Shown: positions 1-11,778 of the stretch, in pieces
Layout of the letters: each line of letters begins with the position of its first letter
How positions within the stretch are numbered: position 1 is the first letter of the stretch
Assembly: GCA_020891255.1 (NCBI GenBank)
Contig: BQFW01000006.1
Coordinates: 1,798,001 to 1,862,000, forward strand
Reading direction: 5' to 3'
From: Entomortierella parvispora E1425
Lineage: Eukaryota > Fungi > Mortierellomycota
DNA length: 64,000 nucleotides
Notes under the pieces: model-generated
What the model was told of the DNA's origin: nothing
The model's database searches: none
Seen by the model: only the letters and a program-made list of their open reading frames with translations
Translations under genes and position numbers: made by a program

Positions 1-183
1 CGACGGATCCTGGATAGCGTGATTGTACAGTGCGATTGCCTGGAACTAGTAGGACCCAAGAAGTTGGCGATCACACTGATGAACGCTCAAGAGAAGATGA
101 GCATTATCTATATGCTCCAGTTCAAGGATGAGGGAATGACCAACAAGATCTTTGAAGCTCTCAGCTTGAACGAGAATGAATAG
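1..183 (+). CDS. 3' end of a CDS running off the window edge, product unknown
   Basis: Frame 1 is open from base 1 (RRILDSVIVQCDCLELVGPKKLAITLMNAQEKMSIIYMLQFKDEGMTNKIFEALSLNENE) to TAG at 181-183, followed by T-rich 3'UTR-like sequence. Confidence 0.55.
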   Translation, partial: RRILDSVIVQCDCLELVGPKKLAITLMNAQEKMSIIYMLQFKDEGMTNKIFEALSLNENE

Positions 184-1116
184 CATTCTAGATTTTTTTT
201 TCCTCTGTGTTTTTCTTGTTCTTTTTGTCTGTTTGCATCCTTATTTCACTTACATAATATATCATACCTGCACTGTTGCACCAACAACACCGAGACTGAC
301 ACCGACATCAAAACATCAAGACTGACTTTCACCGGGGAATCTCCGTTGTGCATGTTCAAGTTCTCGTACTTCTTTTTCCATTTTTAAGATGTTATCTGAA
401 GAATCAACTTGAGACCCGCGTTCTTTCTATCCAAAACTGAATGCTTCCAACTTTTCCCAATGTTCAAGGCCGTTAGTGGCGTGGGAGGGTGGGAGGGTGG
501 TGTGCTCTTGTCAACAAAGGGCCTTGAACGGCTGACCCTCCTGTCCGATCCACGGTCTTGTGCAACCAGGAGAGAAAACAAAATACCATTGTCCTACATT
601 GCAATTTTCTCAGGGTAAATCGTTGCGACATGGACAAACAAATGACTAAACAGAGGTAGAAGGCAAGCAGGGGCCGAGAAGAGGGTTTGTGAGGGTCGTT
701 CATGTTTCCCATTTTTTTTTTCTTTCTTTCTATACTTTGACCCGACTCGGCGGTTGGGAATGAAAGAAGGGGGTGACCGAGGGGGATATAGAAGGGGAGA
801 GACAGCTGAGAATGCTTGGTACGAGGGCGGATTGGTTCCCCAGTGCTCGCAAGGGCAAGGAGCGTTACCAGCCACAAAAAAAGAGGTCAGCAAAGTGAAG
901 AGCGCAGAGATATTATTATCGTTATCGTTCGAAAAAAAGGTCGGTTTTTGCAAATGAGGAAAAGGGCGAGAGCCGAGTGAGATGGATTGTGGACGATGGC
1001 TAGCCATTGACGAGAGCATCCCTCCCGGGCACGGTGGGACAGCAGGGGTGGTTTGTGGGCAAGCTGGTTGCCCTTCAGCAACAGACCGATAGACAGAGAG
1101 AAGAGAGCCTGCTGGC

Positions 1117-1371
1117 AGACAGACAGACAGACAGGCAGGCAGACAAACACACAGACAGAGAGACCAGATCAAGTCCGCGATGCGTAATAAAATGACAGAG
1201 AACGGCTCTCATGAATATGAGCGAAAGCGTGGTGAACCCAGAAAGAGAGCACAAAGGCCCTAGTAGAAAGTTAGAAACCAAGGGAGAATGAGCAAGTCGG
1301 AAAGACAACGTGAATGAAGGTGGACATCATCGCTTCTTGTTCCTGTCGTCTCCTCATCCCATCTCCATTGG

Positions 1372-1418
<47 letters not shown>

Positions 1419-1488
1419 CGTTCTCCGTTGCGACCCCTTCCTTGCCGTGACCAGACCTGACCTGACCAGACCAGACCAGACCTGACCT
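1117..1488. repeat. Microsatellite cluster: (CAGA/CAGG)n ~1117-1160, (CCTG)~10 at 1375-1417, (GACCW)8 at 1449-1488
   Basis: Tandem 4-mer and 5-mer units read directly, upstream of the 1728 CDS. Confidence 0.9.
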
Positions 1489-1727
1489 CGCCTCGTCAAC
1501 ACACAGCAAAAAGAAACCTGCCAGTTCTATTTTCTTCTTTTCCTTTTCCACTTCCTTCCTTCCTTCTCTTCTCTTTCCCCCCTGACCTCCCGCCTTTTTC
1601 TCTTTCTTTCTCTCTTTCTTTCTTCTCTCTCGCTCGTTCTTTTTCCTCTTCTCCCTTTCTATCCATCCTCCCTTCTATCCTCCCTTCCCTTCCCTTCCTC
1701 CCCTCCGTTCACATTCACATTCTCACC

Positions 1728-2648
1728 ATGCGCTTCTCTCTCTCTGCATCCGTCGCCGCCTTTGTCGCCCTCGCCTCTGTCACCCACGCCCAGGAACCCG
1801 CATGCTCCGCTATCCTTACCGACTACACCCCCGGTGTCTCTGGCGCTTACCAAAAGTGCTTCACTGACCAGGTCTACAACACCGCCCTCGCTGCCCAGAC
1901 CACCCCCGACTACAAGGACCTCATCACCAGCGTCTGCTCCAAGACCGCCTGCTCGCAGTCGACCCTCGCCTCCGCCGAGTCAAAGTACATTGCCGCCTGC
2001 AATTCCTCGATGATTGCCGAGGGTTCCAATGGCAACGTCCTCCAGTTGGGCAAGAACGCCCTCGACGTCTTCTTTGCTGAGCCTATCCGTGCTGCCTTCT
2101 GCGAATTGGACCCCAACGCTCCTGCCCCTCCTGTGACCACCCCTCCCACCGTTGCCCCCCCCTCGTACTGCTTGGCTGCCAGCATTGCTGTTCCCGCCAA
2201 CCGCTTTGTTTCCCAGCTCGCCGTCTACTTGACCTCGGGATCCGTTCGCGCTTCCCAGTCTGCCTTCTTCACCGCCTTGGATCCTACTGAGGTCTGCTCT
2301 GACTGCTCCCAGGGCGCCATGAACTCGACCATTGAGTACTTGGCCAGCAACCTCATGCCCGCTGTCGGACCCTTCTACACCCCAGAGTTTGTTCAGTACT
2401 GGACCAAGGCCGTGCCCGCCTACAACACGCTTTGCAAGACCTCCTTCACCCAGACCTGGCCTGAGGGTACCTTGAATGTGACCGTCCCCGGTGTTCCCGT
2501 TCCTTCGCCCACCTCCGCCTCCCTTCCTTCCTCTACTGGCGCTACCACCGCTGCCCCTTCGCCCACTCACACCAACGGAGCTGGATCCTTGAAGCCCGCT
2601 GCTGCCGTTGCCACCGCCATGATGATGGTTGTTGCTGCCCTTCTTTAA
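1728..2648 (+). CDS. Secreted, probably GPI-anchored Cys-rich cell-surface protein (306 aa, intronless)
   Basis: Signal peptide MRFSLSASVAAFVALASVTHA; about 10 Cys; Ser/Thr/Pro-rich stalk; C-terminal small-residue omega region (TNGAG) plus hydrophobic tail; strong C-ending codon bias. Confidence 0.85.
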   Translation: MRFSLSASVAAFVALASVTHAQEPACSAILTDYTPGVSGAYQKCFTDQVYNTALAAQTTPDYKDLITSVCSKTACSQSTLASAESKYIAACNSSMIAEGSNGNVLQLGKNALDVFFAEPIRAAFCELDPNAPAPPVTTPPTVAPPSYCLAASIAVPANRFVSQLAVYLTSGSVRASQSAFFTALDPTEVCSDCSQGAMNSTIEYLASNLMPAVGPFYTPEFVQYWTKAVPAYNTLCKTSFTQTWPEGTLNVTVPGVPVPSPTSASLPSSTGATTAAPSPTHTNGAGSLKPAAAVATAMMMVVAALL

Positions 2649-3744
2649 AGAGGGACAGATCACCTACCGCCACCATTTCCGAGCCAATCCGCACCTGGTA
2701 ATGCTCAGGAACAACACTTGACACGAAAAAATGAAAAACAAAAACAAAAAAACAATACGTGAAAAAAAAACCTCATCTGCTTTCGCTGCCCTTCCTTGGC
2801 TTTGGAAGCCCCCCTTTTACTAGCTTTCTTCCTTCCTTCTCATGTCTACTCCGACCTGGCTTCCCCCTTTCCCCCTTCTTTTAAATACGCATCAAGTCGC
2901 ATGAAGATCTGGCGAGCAAAAAGAAGAAAAAACCTTTCAATACCACCCACCGACACTTCTCTGTCTCTCTCATTCTCGCTATCCGACCCAAAATATCAAC
3001 CACACCACACTTCAAGAAACGTTTTGTGGCTATCTCGTCCATTTAGTCCTCAACTTATTTTTTGACCTTGTAGAAGCTATAATTATCTATAAAACCCTGT
3101 AATCCATAATCTTCAAGATCTCATGTTCCATTCGGTCATGAGAACGGGAATCGGAGGATTTGGTCGTCATCTGAGATCGTCCAGAAAAAGATCAGAAACA
3201 AAAGGGGTGGGGGCAAACACACACCACAGGCTGTGTTGGAGTATCTTTCTTTTTTACATGATGTTGAGCGTGTGCAAGTCAAACATGCTCCCGAAAAAAA
3301 AAAAAAAAAAAGAGAAAACATCCACTTCGCCCAATCCAGACTCCAAGGGGTAAAAAAGTCATGCCAAACACAACAAAAAAAAAAGTATAAAAAAACAGGC
3401 ATGCAAGAAAATGGCGCGCGCGATCCCACGGCCCTCAGTGGATAACGGGCAAGGGGGAAAGAGGGGGTGAAGGGGTCGCCGAAGTGGATCTGATTGGATC
3501 GGAGACCATTATTGTTGTCGCCACCGTCGCTTGCCATTGCTATTGCCATTGCCATTGTTGCTGCTGCTGCTGCTGCTGCTGTTGCTGCTGTTGTTGCTAT
3601 TACTGGTGACAGGGCAGGTTGATTGAAACTCGTTGAGGGAAAACACTTTTTTACCATAACGCGAACAGGAGGATTAAAATAGAGAAGTGGAAGAGATCAT
3701 GTGGTCCGTGCCTCCTTTTCATGGATGGGGGGGTTTACTGCAGT

Positions 3745-5455
3745 CTATAGACTTTCGATGTATAGCTCCAGCTACAGAGCGGGTTAGAAAATATGAACAA
3801 AAGTAACCATCGACAACGCGGCATCAATCAAACGGAACAAAGACTTTCAGTCTGCTTTACCTGAACGCCAGCAATGTCGACGGTTTTGATGGGTATGATC
3901 TTCCGATGGGTAGAAGGGGCTTCCGGCTGTACAGAAATCTTGGTCTGTTCATTCGGAACGGTAGCACTAATAGGTGACCACGGGAAGTCGGGCTTGAAAA
4001 AGCGGTGTCGTGTTAATTCGAGTGATGACACTATTATTTAGAAGACCTTTGCAAAAAAAAAAAAAAAAAAAAAAAAAGACGAGCAATTGCGGTCCAAATC
4101 TTTGGAGAGAGAGCTACCTTGGCCTCCGGTCCTGGTCCTTCTGATTTCGTCTCCACAACCACCGTAAATGACAAGTTGTCTATATAAACGAATCAGGCAG
4201 TTGAGCATCGTGTCAACAGCGCTATTCCCTCTGGAAGCTAATTCTAGGTCGTAAATTCGATTCTGTAGTAAAAAACGGGCGTCTCTTCTTACCAGAATCT
4301 GATGAAGGCAAATCTGGACGCGAGACACTTATTTTCAACAGTATAGACCGAAAGAGTGCTTCCACATCTGTTGTAAGGGTCATCAGTCCCGAAAATCGTG
4401 GCCGATCTTCTGCAATCTGGACCCGACGTTGCCGCTCCTGCTCCAACAGTCTAATCCTATATGCTTTGCTTCTCTGCTGCAATAGCTCGTCTCCATCATT
4501 ATTTCCGCTACCGCGGTCTTGTACGTTTCCATCTATTCCTCGCATTCCGTCCATGTCAACGTCCTGATCAATTGCTCTGCCTTTGCCTTTGCCTGTGCCT
4601 TTGCGATTTAGATCGTTGCCAGCATCCAGTTCCAGTGAAGGGATAAGTCCTTCCTCAAATGACTGGAACATACTCATTTCAAACACGTATCGGTCGATTC
4701 CTTTCCCCTCCGAATTCAATGTCACGACCCCTATCCGATGTATTGTATCCTAAAACCATTTTTTTTAAATATAAAAAAAAAAAAAAATAGGCGAAATCAG
4801 TATTAAACTACATTTCTTTTCCTTTCTTTGGTTACAAATTCGGCTCGCTTTCCTTACCTTGATGAGCTCTGTCCGTATTGATTTTACAATCTGTTGGATA
4901 TAGGCCGTCAGACCAGGATGTCGCGCCGTCTTGAGCGGACAGCCATACTTTTGGGTCGATTCGAACAGCTCTAGTTGCAAAAAATACACAATTGATCGTT
5001 AAAACCGAGAGATTGTCCGATACTCGCGTCTCAGGTTATCATATTGGAACTCCCTGCTACCGGAGGTGGCGCATGGAGATCTGATTTTTGTAGAATACCT
5101 GGGGTGTAGATTCCTCGCACGAAAAGTATTAAATGGATGGCTACCTCCACTAAAAAGGAAATTGTATCAAAGTGGACCGTGGTCAGGGTGCGTGCCATTC
5201 ATTTTGAGGATCCATAGCTATTTTAATAACACATCCATGACTATTCACTTACGAAATTCACTCAAGACATCCGCGACGACTAAAGGCATGATAAAACGCG
5301 AAAAAAAAGGCGGTGGCGGAAAAGGCAAATGGGCTCAGTCAGTGAGGTCTTGCCATTTCAGACTCAAAGGCATTCCACAACTGCTAAATGAGGGTGGTTC
5401 GGCTGGCAACTAGAAGTGGAGGCGCCTTACCAGCTCGAGGTCCTGATGGGTTCAT
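3745..5455 (-). CDS. REV7: REV7/MAD2L2 HORMA-domain subunit of DNA polymerase zeta (multi-exon)
   Basis: Spliced: MNPSGPRA|VVADVLSEF|LEVAIHLILFVRGIYTP|ELFESTQKYGCPLKTARHPGLTAYIQQIVKSIRTELIK|DTIHRIGVVTL..DRYVFEM...DVEALFRSILLKISV...|DNLSFTVVVET..|PDFPW..IIPIKTVDIAGVQ|LELYIESL*. All introns GT-AG; motifs match Rev7. Confidence 0.88.
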
Positions 5456-5680
5456 TTTGAAGACAGAGTAGGAGGTTGTGAAGTGAAAGAATGGAGAATG
5501 GAGGACAGGCCTGTTCTTTTGAAATTGGTGGCGACCGAAATTGGTGGCGTCGCAAACGTCACCGATTTTGGCTATCGCGATTTCTGCACTAGCATTCGCC
5601 AGATGCGCATGGTCCTTATGTCCATCCCCACGCCTGGATTTTCCTTCCTTCACCCTTACTTCTCATATATACATCACATC

Positions 5681-7073
5681 ATGTCTTCTTGGGCTGACGA
5701 CATTGACGGCGAGGACCAACCCCAGACCTTCACCGATGCCAAGGGTATCACCACCCACATTGAATACAGAATCAACGACGATGGCAAGAAAGTCAAGGTA
5801 AAAAAATAGACCTTACATCAGGAATAGAGCCCAAGGACCCTACAAAGACTCTACGATACGGGACTCGTCATCACTGGACAGAGGAGCAGAAAACTTGATT
5901 GTACATGGGCATTCCCTGAAGTACTGCTATCGAAATGAATACCCTTGGACACGATCGTGTTTTTCATGTCTTGGCCGCAGCCAGATGTCTCCTTTCCATG
6001 TCAAAAGGCCTCCCGGATGGAACTAAGCGATTGTGCCATCGATCCACAGGAATGAACGAGGCGTTTGGTCCGTCGACGCTCAGGACCACAATCCTCGGAA
6101 GCGCTCAACAGCACCTATCAGGTTGCTAACATTCTTCCCGTCTCTTTTTTTTTCCGCTTATCAGATCACTCGCCGCACGCAAAAGAAGTTGATTCACGAT
6201 GTTGTCAACAAGGCCGTTGCAGCGCGCAAGGTACGAAATAATGAAAGATGTTGGATAAGGAAGACAGGATGCACGGACCAAGACAACCATGCCTCGCTTT
6301 CTTTCTATTCTTCTAAACACGACGCGTTTATCTGGTTAGAAATGGCCCAAGTTCGGCAAGGAAAAGGGCAACAAGCCTGGACCAGACCCAGCAACGACAA
6401 ACGTGGGTGATAACATCAAGCTGAAGCTTTCTTCGACTGGTCAGATTGTTCAGGAGGTCGATGATAAGCATGAGGCCATGAAGGCCCAGTTGCAGAACAA
6501 AAAGATTCTCTGCCGTATCTGCAAGGGCGACCATTTCACGACAAAGTGTCCCTACAAGGACTCGCTCGGTATGGAGGACGCCGCTGCTGCATCTTCCCCT
6601 GTCCCAGAGGAGGCTGGTAAGAGCCGTTATACCAAGAGGAATATGCTACAGGAAAAAACAAAACTTTTTAGCCGAATGGATTTTAATTTCCGTTTCTTGA
6701 CATAGCTCCCGAGGCGGAACAACAGTCTGGATCCAAGTACATTGCTCCTCACATGCGTGCTGGAGCTGGAGGACCCAAGGGTCCTGGAGGCGATCGGGAC
6801 TCTATGCGCGAGAAGAGAGACGAGCAGCCAACGTTGCGTGTGACCAACTTGTCCGAGGATGTGACGGAGGCCGATGTGTCCGAGTTGTTCAAGCGTTTTG
6901 GTCATATCTCGCGTGTGTTCTTGGCACGCGATCGCGAGACAGGAGCCTGCAAGGGTTTCGCCTTTGTTTCTTTCACAATGCGGGAGGATGCTCAGCGTGC
7001 ACAGGAGGCTGTCGACGGACGGGGTTACGATAACTTGATCTTGCGCGTCGAGTGGGCCAAGTCATCGGCCTAA
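5681..7073 (+). CDS. TIF35: Translation initiation factor eIF3 subunit g (4 exons)
   Basis: MSSWADD N-terminus, zinc knuckle CRICKGDHFTTKCP, C-terminal RRM (TLRVTNLSED..KGFAFVSF..GYDNLILRVEWAK). GT-AG introns begin at 5798, ~6231 and ~6617. Confidence 0.95.
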
Positions 7074-7595
7074 GAAAAACAAAGAGAAATCATTCCCCCC
7101 AAGTCAAGGATTTTGTTTGATACTTTGAAAAACCCTTCTTATTTTCAGCCCAGTTCCTTTTCTCTTCATATCCCCCCCTTTTCACCCTCACTACCTCTGT
7201 TTACTATTAAAAACATCTCATTTGAAGACAAACAGTTACAACTGATTGGTGAAGGGATGCTTTCGCGCGGATCAAAATCCTCGCCTGAGTATTGAAAATT
7301 CCAAAAACATTCACGACCACACTTGGCCCGTCTTCCTTTTGCTGGCTGCTGATTCATTACTTTACAAAAACTTGTCAATGTCCATGGTTCCAACGTTTTC
7401 TGTTCACAAGATCGCGGCCGAATATTTATTGGAGTCGATATTCGACAGAAAAAAAAAAAGGAAAAAAAAAAAGTTTTACAAAAAAGACGCACTTATTCAC
7501 GCTTTTTTCAAGTTTGAAGTATGGGTAGTATCCAGGAAGGAAGTAAAAGGACCTTCATGCCGCTCAACAAAGGAGAGGGAGAGGAAGGAAGAAAT

Positions 7596-9582
7596 TTACT
7601 GGCGGTTGGCCTGGAGCTTGGCCTCGAGCAACATCTCGTTCTGGGGAGGAAGACCGACGCAAGCGCGGAAGATGTTCTCCATGGCAGAGCGCTGCTTGGA
7701 CAAGGCGTTGACGACCTGGGTGCCAACGGGGACGAGAGGAGCCTTGAGCATGTAGGACAAGACAGAGAGGACAGAGTTGAAGGGAGCGTACTCGCCCATC
7801 TCCTCAGTCTTGTACTCGATACGGGTCATGAGCTCGGTCAAGATGACCAAGTCCAAGATCAAGGGGGAGGCCAAGAGGGAGTCCTCGCAGGTGTTGTACA
7901 TCGAGATGGTGTTGCGTCCGTTCATGAAAATCTCGGAAACGTACTCATCCAAGGCACGCTTGGAGTCACCGACGGCGGGGACGTACTTGATAACAACCAA
8001 GTGATCGGGGTGCTCACCCTCCTTGTAAAGGATCTGGTTAGCAGCGACCATGTCGTCAACAACGTTGGACTTCGAGATCTCCTTGGAACGGAACTGCTGG
8101 GGAGCAGACAAGTTCTTGCCGTCGTTGTTACCCAAGTGGTTGTACGAGGCAATGGAGAGGGGCTTGATACCGGCGTTGACGAGGAAGTCGACAATGACAG
8201 ACTTGACCTTGGTCTGGCCAGACTTGAAGTCATCACCTCCAATGTAGACCTGGTGGCGCTCAGCAAGGGCAATGCATCCGGGAACGAAGGTGTTCTGGGG
8301 GGAGCCGTTGATGAAGGGGGTGTTCTCCAAGATGGAGGCAATGGCGAACACGGTCGAGGGAGAGACCTCCTCGTGGGAAGACTTGACAGAGTTCAACAAG
8401 TTGTCGGCGGTGTCGTTGACACCCTCGATCAAAGAGGAGAAACGCTCAGTGTTGGCAGTCCAGATGACAATGACCTTGTCGAGGTGGTTGGCAGCCTTGA
8501 AGTTGCGGATGTCGGCACGGATCTGCTCGACGTGGGCCTGCTTGTCAGTGCCGGGGATGACGTTGTCAGCACGGTCAGACTGGTTGGCGGCAATGAAGTC
8601 GGGGTAGTAGACGGAGGGGAGGGGCTTGAGGGCAGAGAGCTCCTCCTTGACCTGACGCTGGAGATCGTAATCCAAGACCTGGGCACGAGCCATGGAGTCG
8701 GCCAAGTTCAAGGAAGAGATATCCCAACCACCGAGGACCAAGTCGTTGGGGTGGACCATGGGCAAAATGTCCGAGAAGGGAATGTAGACATCGTTACCCT
8801 TCTGGTCAACTCCGAGCTTCAAGGTCGAAGCCTGGACGACGGATCCAAAGTAGTTGGGGGTCTGGACACCCTCCTTGGTGTTCCAGGTAAGCTTGCGGCG
8901 GTTGGCGATGATGGAGGCGGTCAAGGTCGATCCGTTGTTTCCACCCCAGCCGACCATCATGAGACTATAGAACAGAGCATGAAAGGAAGAGAAGGTCAGT
9001 TATCGCTGCTTCATATGCCAATTGATCCGATCAAATTCTCCTCTTGCGGTGCTGGTGGTGATCGATAATCGTCCCCCCCACAGAAAATGCTTTTGGGTCG
9101 CTTTTCGAGATCCGCCGCCGTCCATTGCGCAATTCCCCTCATCCAGGCTCACAAATCCGCAACGAACAGCAAAGAACAAAGTCCCCCAAACGCACGAGGA
9201 AGCGATGAGATCTTGTCCAGGGAACCGTCCAGCGTGGAAATAAGAATGCAGATATCCTTTTTGGCGGCAAGGCACATACACATTCCAGTGGCGCCTTCAG
9301 ATCTGCCTCTCTTTTTTTTCACACTCCCGCTGATCAAAGCTCATAATAATACAAAAAGACTTCTTACCCGACACGGGGGACCTTGGCATCAGTCTTGAAC
9401 TGATACTTGGTGGCGGTGGGGTTGACGTTGTAGGAACCGTCAACGCCCTTGGTGACAGTGGCGTTCTCGTAGGTGTAGTCGGCAATGATGTGGGACTCGG
9501 TGTACTGGACGTTCTTGCTGTTGACCTTGAAGGCCAAAGGGGCAGCAGAGGCGGGGACTTGTTCAGCGGCGAATGGAGGCAT
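7596..9582 (-). CDS. INO1: myo-inositol-1-phosphate synthase (2 exons)
   Basis: Exon 1 [13 protein letters not shown] joins exon 2 [14 protein letters not shown]; motifs [38 protein letters not shown]. Confidence 0.97.
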
Positions 9583-9599
9583 GGTAGTAGTAGTTGGTT

Positions 9600-9622
9600 G
9601 GGTTGGGTTGGGTTGGGTTGGG
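9600..9622 (+). repeat. (GGGTT)5 array in the INO1 5' leader
   Basis: gggttgggttgggttgggttggg read directly, ~20-40 nt upstream of the INO1 ATG. Confidence 0.85.
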
Positions 9623-9960
9623 TTTGAGGGGTTGAGGGGGTTACTGGGTACTTGTGAGTGGGCTGGGAAGATCGTCTGGGGCTTGAGTCTTGTTACTTGG
9701 ATGCTTTAGGCTTAGGACTCGTTCTCTTTCTTCCGCGGTGGGGGTTGTGGAGACTGGCAAGCTGGTTGGAAAACGTGGTTGCTAGACTCGGGGGTTTGGC
9801 TGCCAAAGATAGTGGTAGCCAGAAAGTGTTTTGGTGGGGGGTTCTTGGGGTTGGGGGGGTTGTAAAGGTGGGGGTAAGGTTGGTTGTAGTGAGAAGGAGG
9901 AGGAAGAAGAAAAGAAAAGAAAAGAAAAAAAGAGGGGAAGAACAGCCGGCGAGGCGGATC

Positions 9961-9967
9961 TTTTATA
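9961..9967 (-). promoter_or_regulatory. Candidate TATA box (TATAAAA) for INO1
   Basis: ttttata on + is TATAAAA on -, ~380 nt upstream of the ATG and just before a pyrimidine-rich leader. Confidence 0.5.
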
Positions 9968-11778
9968 ATCCAGGCCCAAATCTCATCATCTCTGTTCATC
10001 ATCCGTTCCAATAAGATGATGGAGATCATCTGGTTTGTCCTCCCCCCCAGTCCAGTCCAGCCCTCTCCGGTCTCTCCCCGCGCAAATCCCCTGCTGTCCT
10101 CTGATTTGAGTTCACGAGCGGTCTTTGATCTCGTCCACGGCTTCGAATCGAGGCCACTGGATGAACCTACCAGTGGACAGGGGTCTTCATTGTTCTCTGT
10201 CCTTCCTTTGCTGTTGGCCTATGTGTTTGTCTGTCAGTGCTTCCCATCCCTTTCATCCCCCGGAGACCACCGTTTCTGGGTGGGACGATTATAATTGTCT
10301 CTTTAGCGTTGGTTTCTTCGCATGCTTGCCTGCACCGAAACCAACGCACTGTGCTCCCAGGCACGCACGCACGCTATCGGCTCCCGCGGTCAACACTAGT
10401 GTTGCCTTTTGGGGCTTGTTTGTTGCCATCTTGCTTGTCCCACTCGATGAAAAAAAAGAAGAAAAAAAAATGCTCTCATCCTCCAGACACGCACTTTGAG
10501 TGTCCCTTCATCTTTTTTTCCTCTTTTCCCCACCACGAACCGGGGCGGGATATCTTTTTTGCTGATAAACTCTTCCTCCTCTGTCAGAAAGCACTCAAGG
10601 AGGAGGACCAACTTTGCAGAGCTCCTCCAAAGGACTGACTGACAAGCTGGTTCGTCTGCTCATACGTGTTCGATTGTCGTTATCTTTTTTGCTCCTCTAT
10701 ACAGTATTAATAAAAAAAAAGAGGAGTCGAGAAAGGATAACCACAGCCCTGAACTACGATATTGCTACGTGTCTCTTTCTCCCTTTCTTTCTTTCTCAAC
10801 AAAAACTTCAAGAACAATTATTCTGGCTGAGTCAGCCTCCGCTTCGTCTAGTTTTGTTTCGTCTCTGTTTTTTTTATCTTTTTGTACATGAGAAGTCCAA
10901 AGGATCGACAACGGTCGACTGCAGTGGAATGAAAGAAATCGTCAGGGGGTGAGAAGGCCGTTGTAATGTTTTTTTTTCTTTCTCCAATGCCAACTCTCTC
11001 CCGCACAAACTCCAAGAAACAGAAAGACGACGTAAACATGCCTCGAGCTGTAAACAAGCGCCCAGAAAAGGGGAGGATTCCGGGCGATATTTACTGTTTG
11101 GAAGGGCTCAGTCAACTGTCAGCAACGAGGTGACGGGAGAGTAGGCTTGGCCCACAAACCCATCGAGAATGCAGTGAAGGAAATGAGCGATCGCGCGGTT
11201 AAAACGACGATAAACGCTCAGACAGCTTTAGATCTCCAAGGGCCGCTAGGTGCCTGAATACCAAAACAGGGTTCGCAACGTATTTTCAAGTTGTACCGGC
11301 AGATGTGGACCAGAAAGGGCAACTGAGAGAAATAGAATGCAAAAGAACAAGGACCTCTGGAGCTTGTGTGGACTATTTTCGAACGATCGCTCGGGTTTTG
11401 AACGTTAGTTGGGCACGCTTTCTTGCTCCACCAGCAGAGCCGCATCTGAAACTGGACCGTTGCGAATGGGCAAGATGATAAAAAAAGGCAAAAAAAAAAA
11501 AACGCACAATCGGGGGAAGGGATTACCCGTTGCACGCTTGGACTCCACGAGGGGAGTGGGGGTGCGTTGTTCTTCCAAGGACAAAGAAGGTTCCTGCAGT
11601 TCCAGGCACGCACCCGCCCTCATTGGACAAGGGCCCATAAGACAACAATGATCACGTGCGTCTTTGATAGTCACGTGTTTTCATTCACCTCCCAGCGCCA
11701 CCAATTCTAGCGGGACCAAAAGTTGACCCATGCTTCGTTCGACAATCAATCCTTCTCCTCATCCCCTTCTCCATCTCA

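Noticed and set aside
1980-2663. 227 aa antisense ORF over the GPI gene (similar case at 29843-30427 over the DPBB gene)
   Set aside because: Gly-rich mirror translations of codon-biased sense genes.
3136-3657. ORF with a poly-Ala run from a (GCT/GCA)n tract
   Set aside because: Trinucleotide microsatellite in 3'UTR-type sequence between convergent genes; runs into poly-Phe from T tracts.
7521-9068. 515 aa ORF antisense to INO1
   Set aside because: Shadow ORF: the strong C/G third-position bias of INO1 removes stops on the opposite strand, and it has no recognisable motifs.
10135-10160. TTCGAATC resembling a tRNA T-loop
   Set aside because: No T-stem, acceptor stem or D-arm pairing around it.
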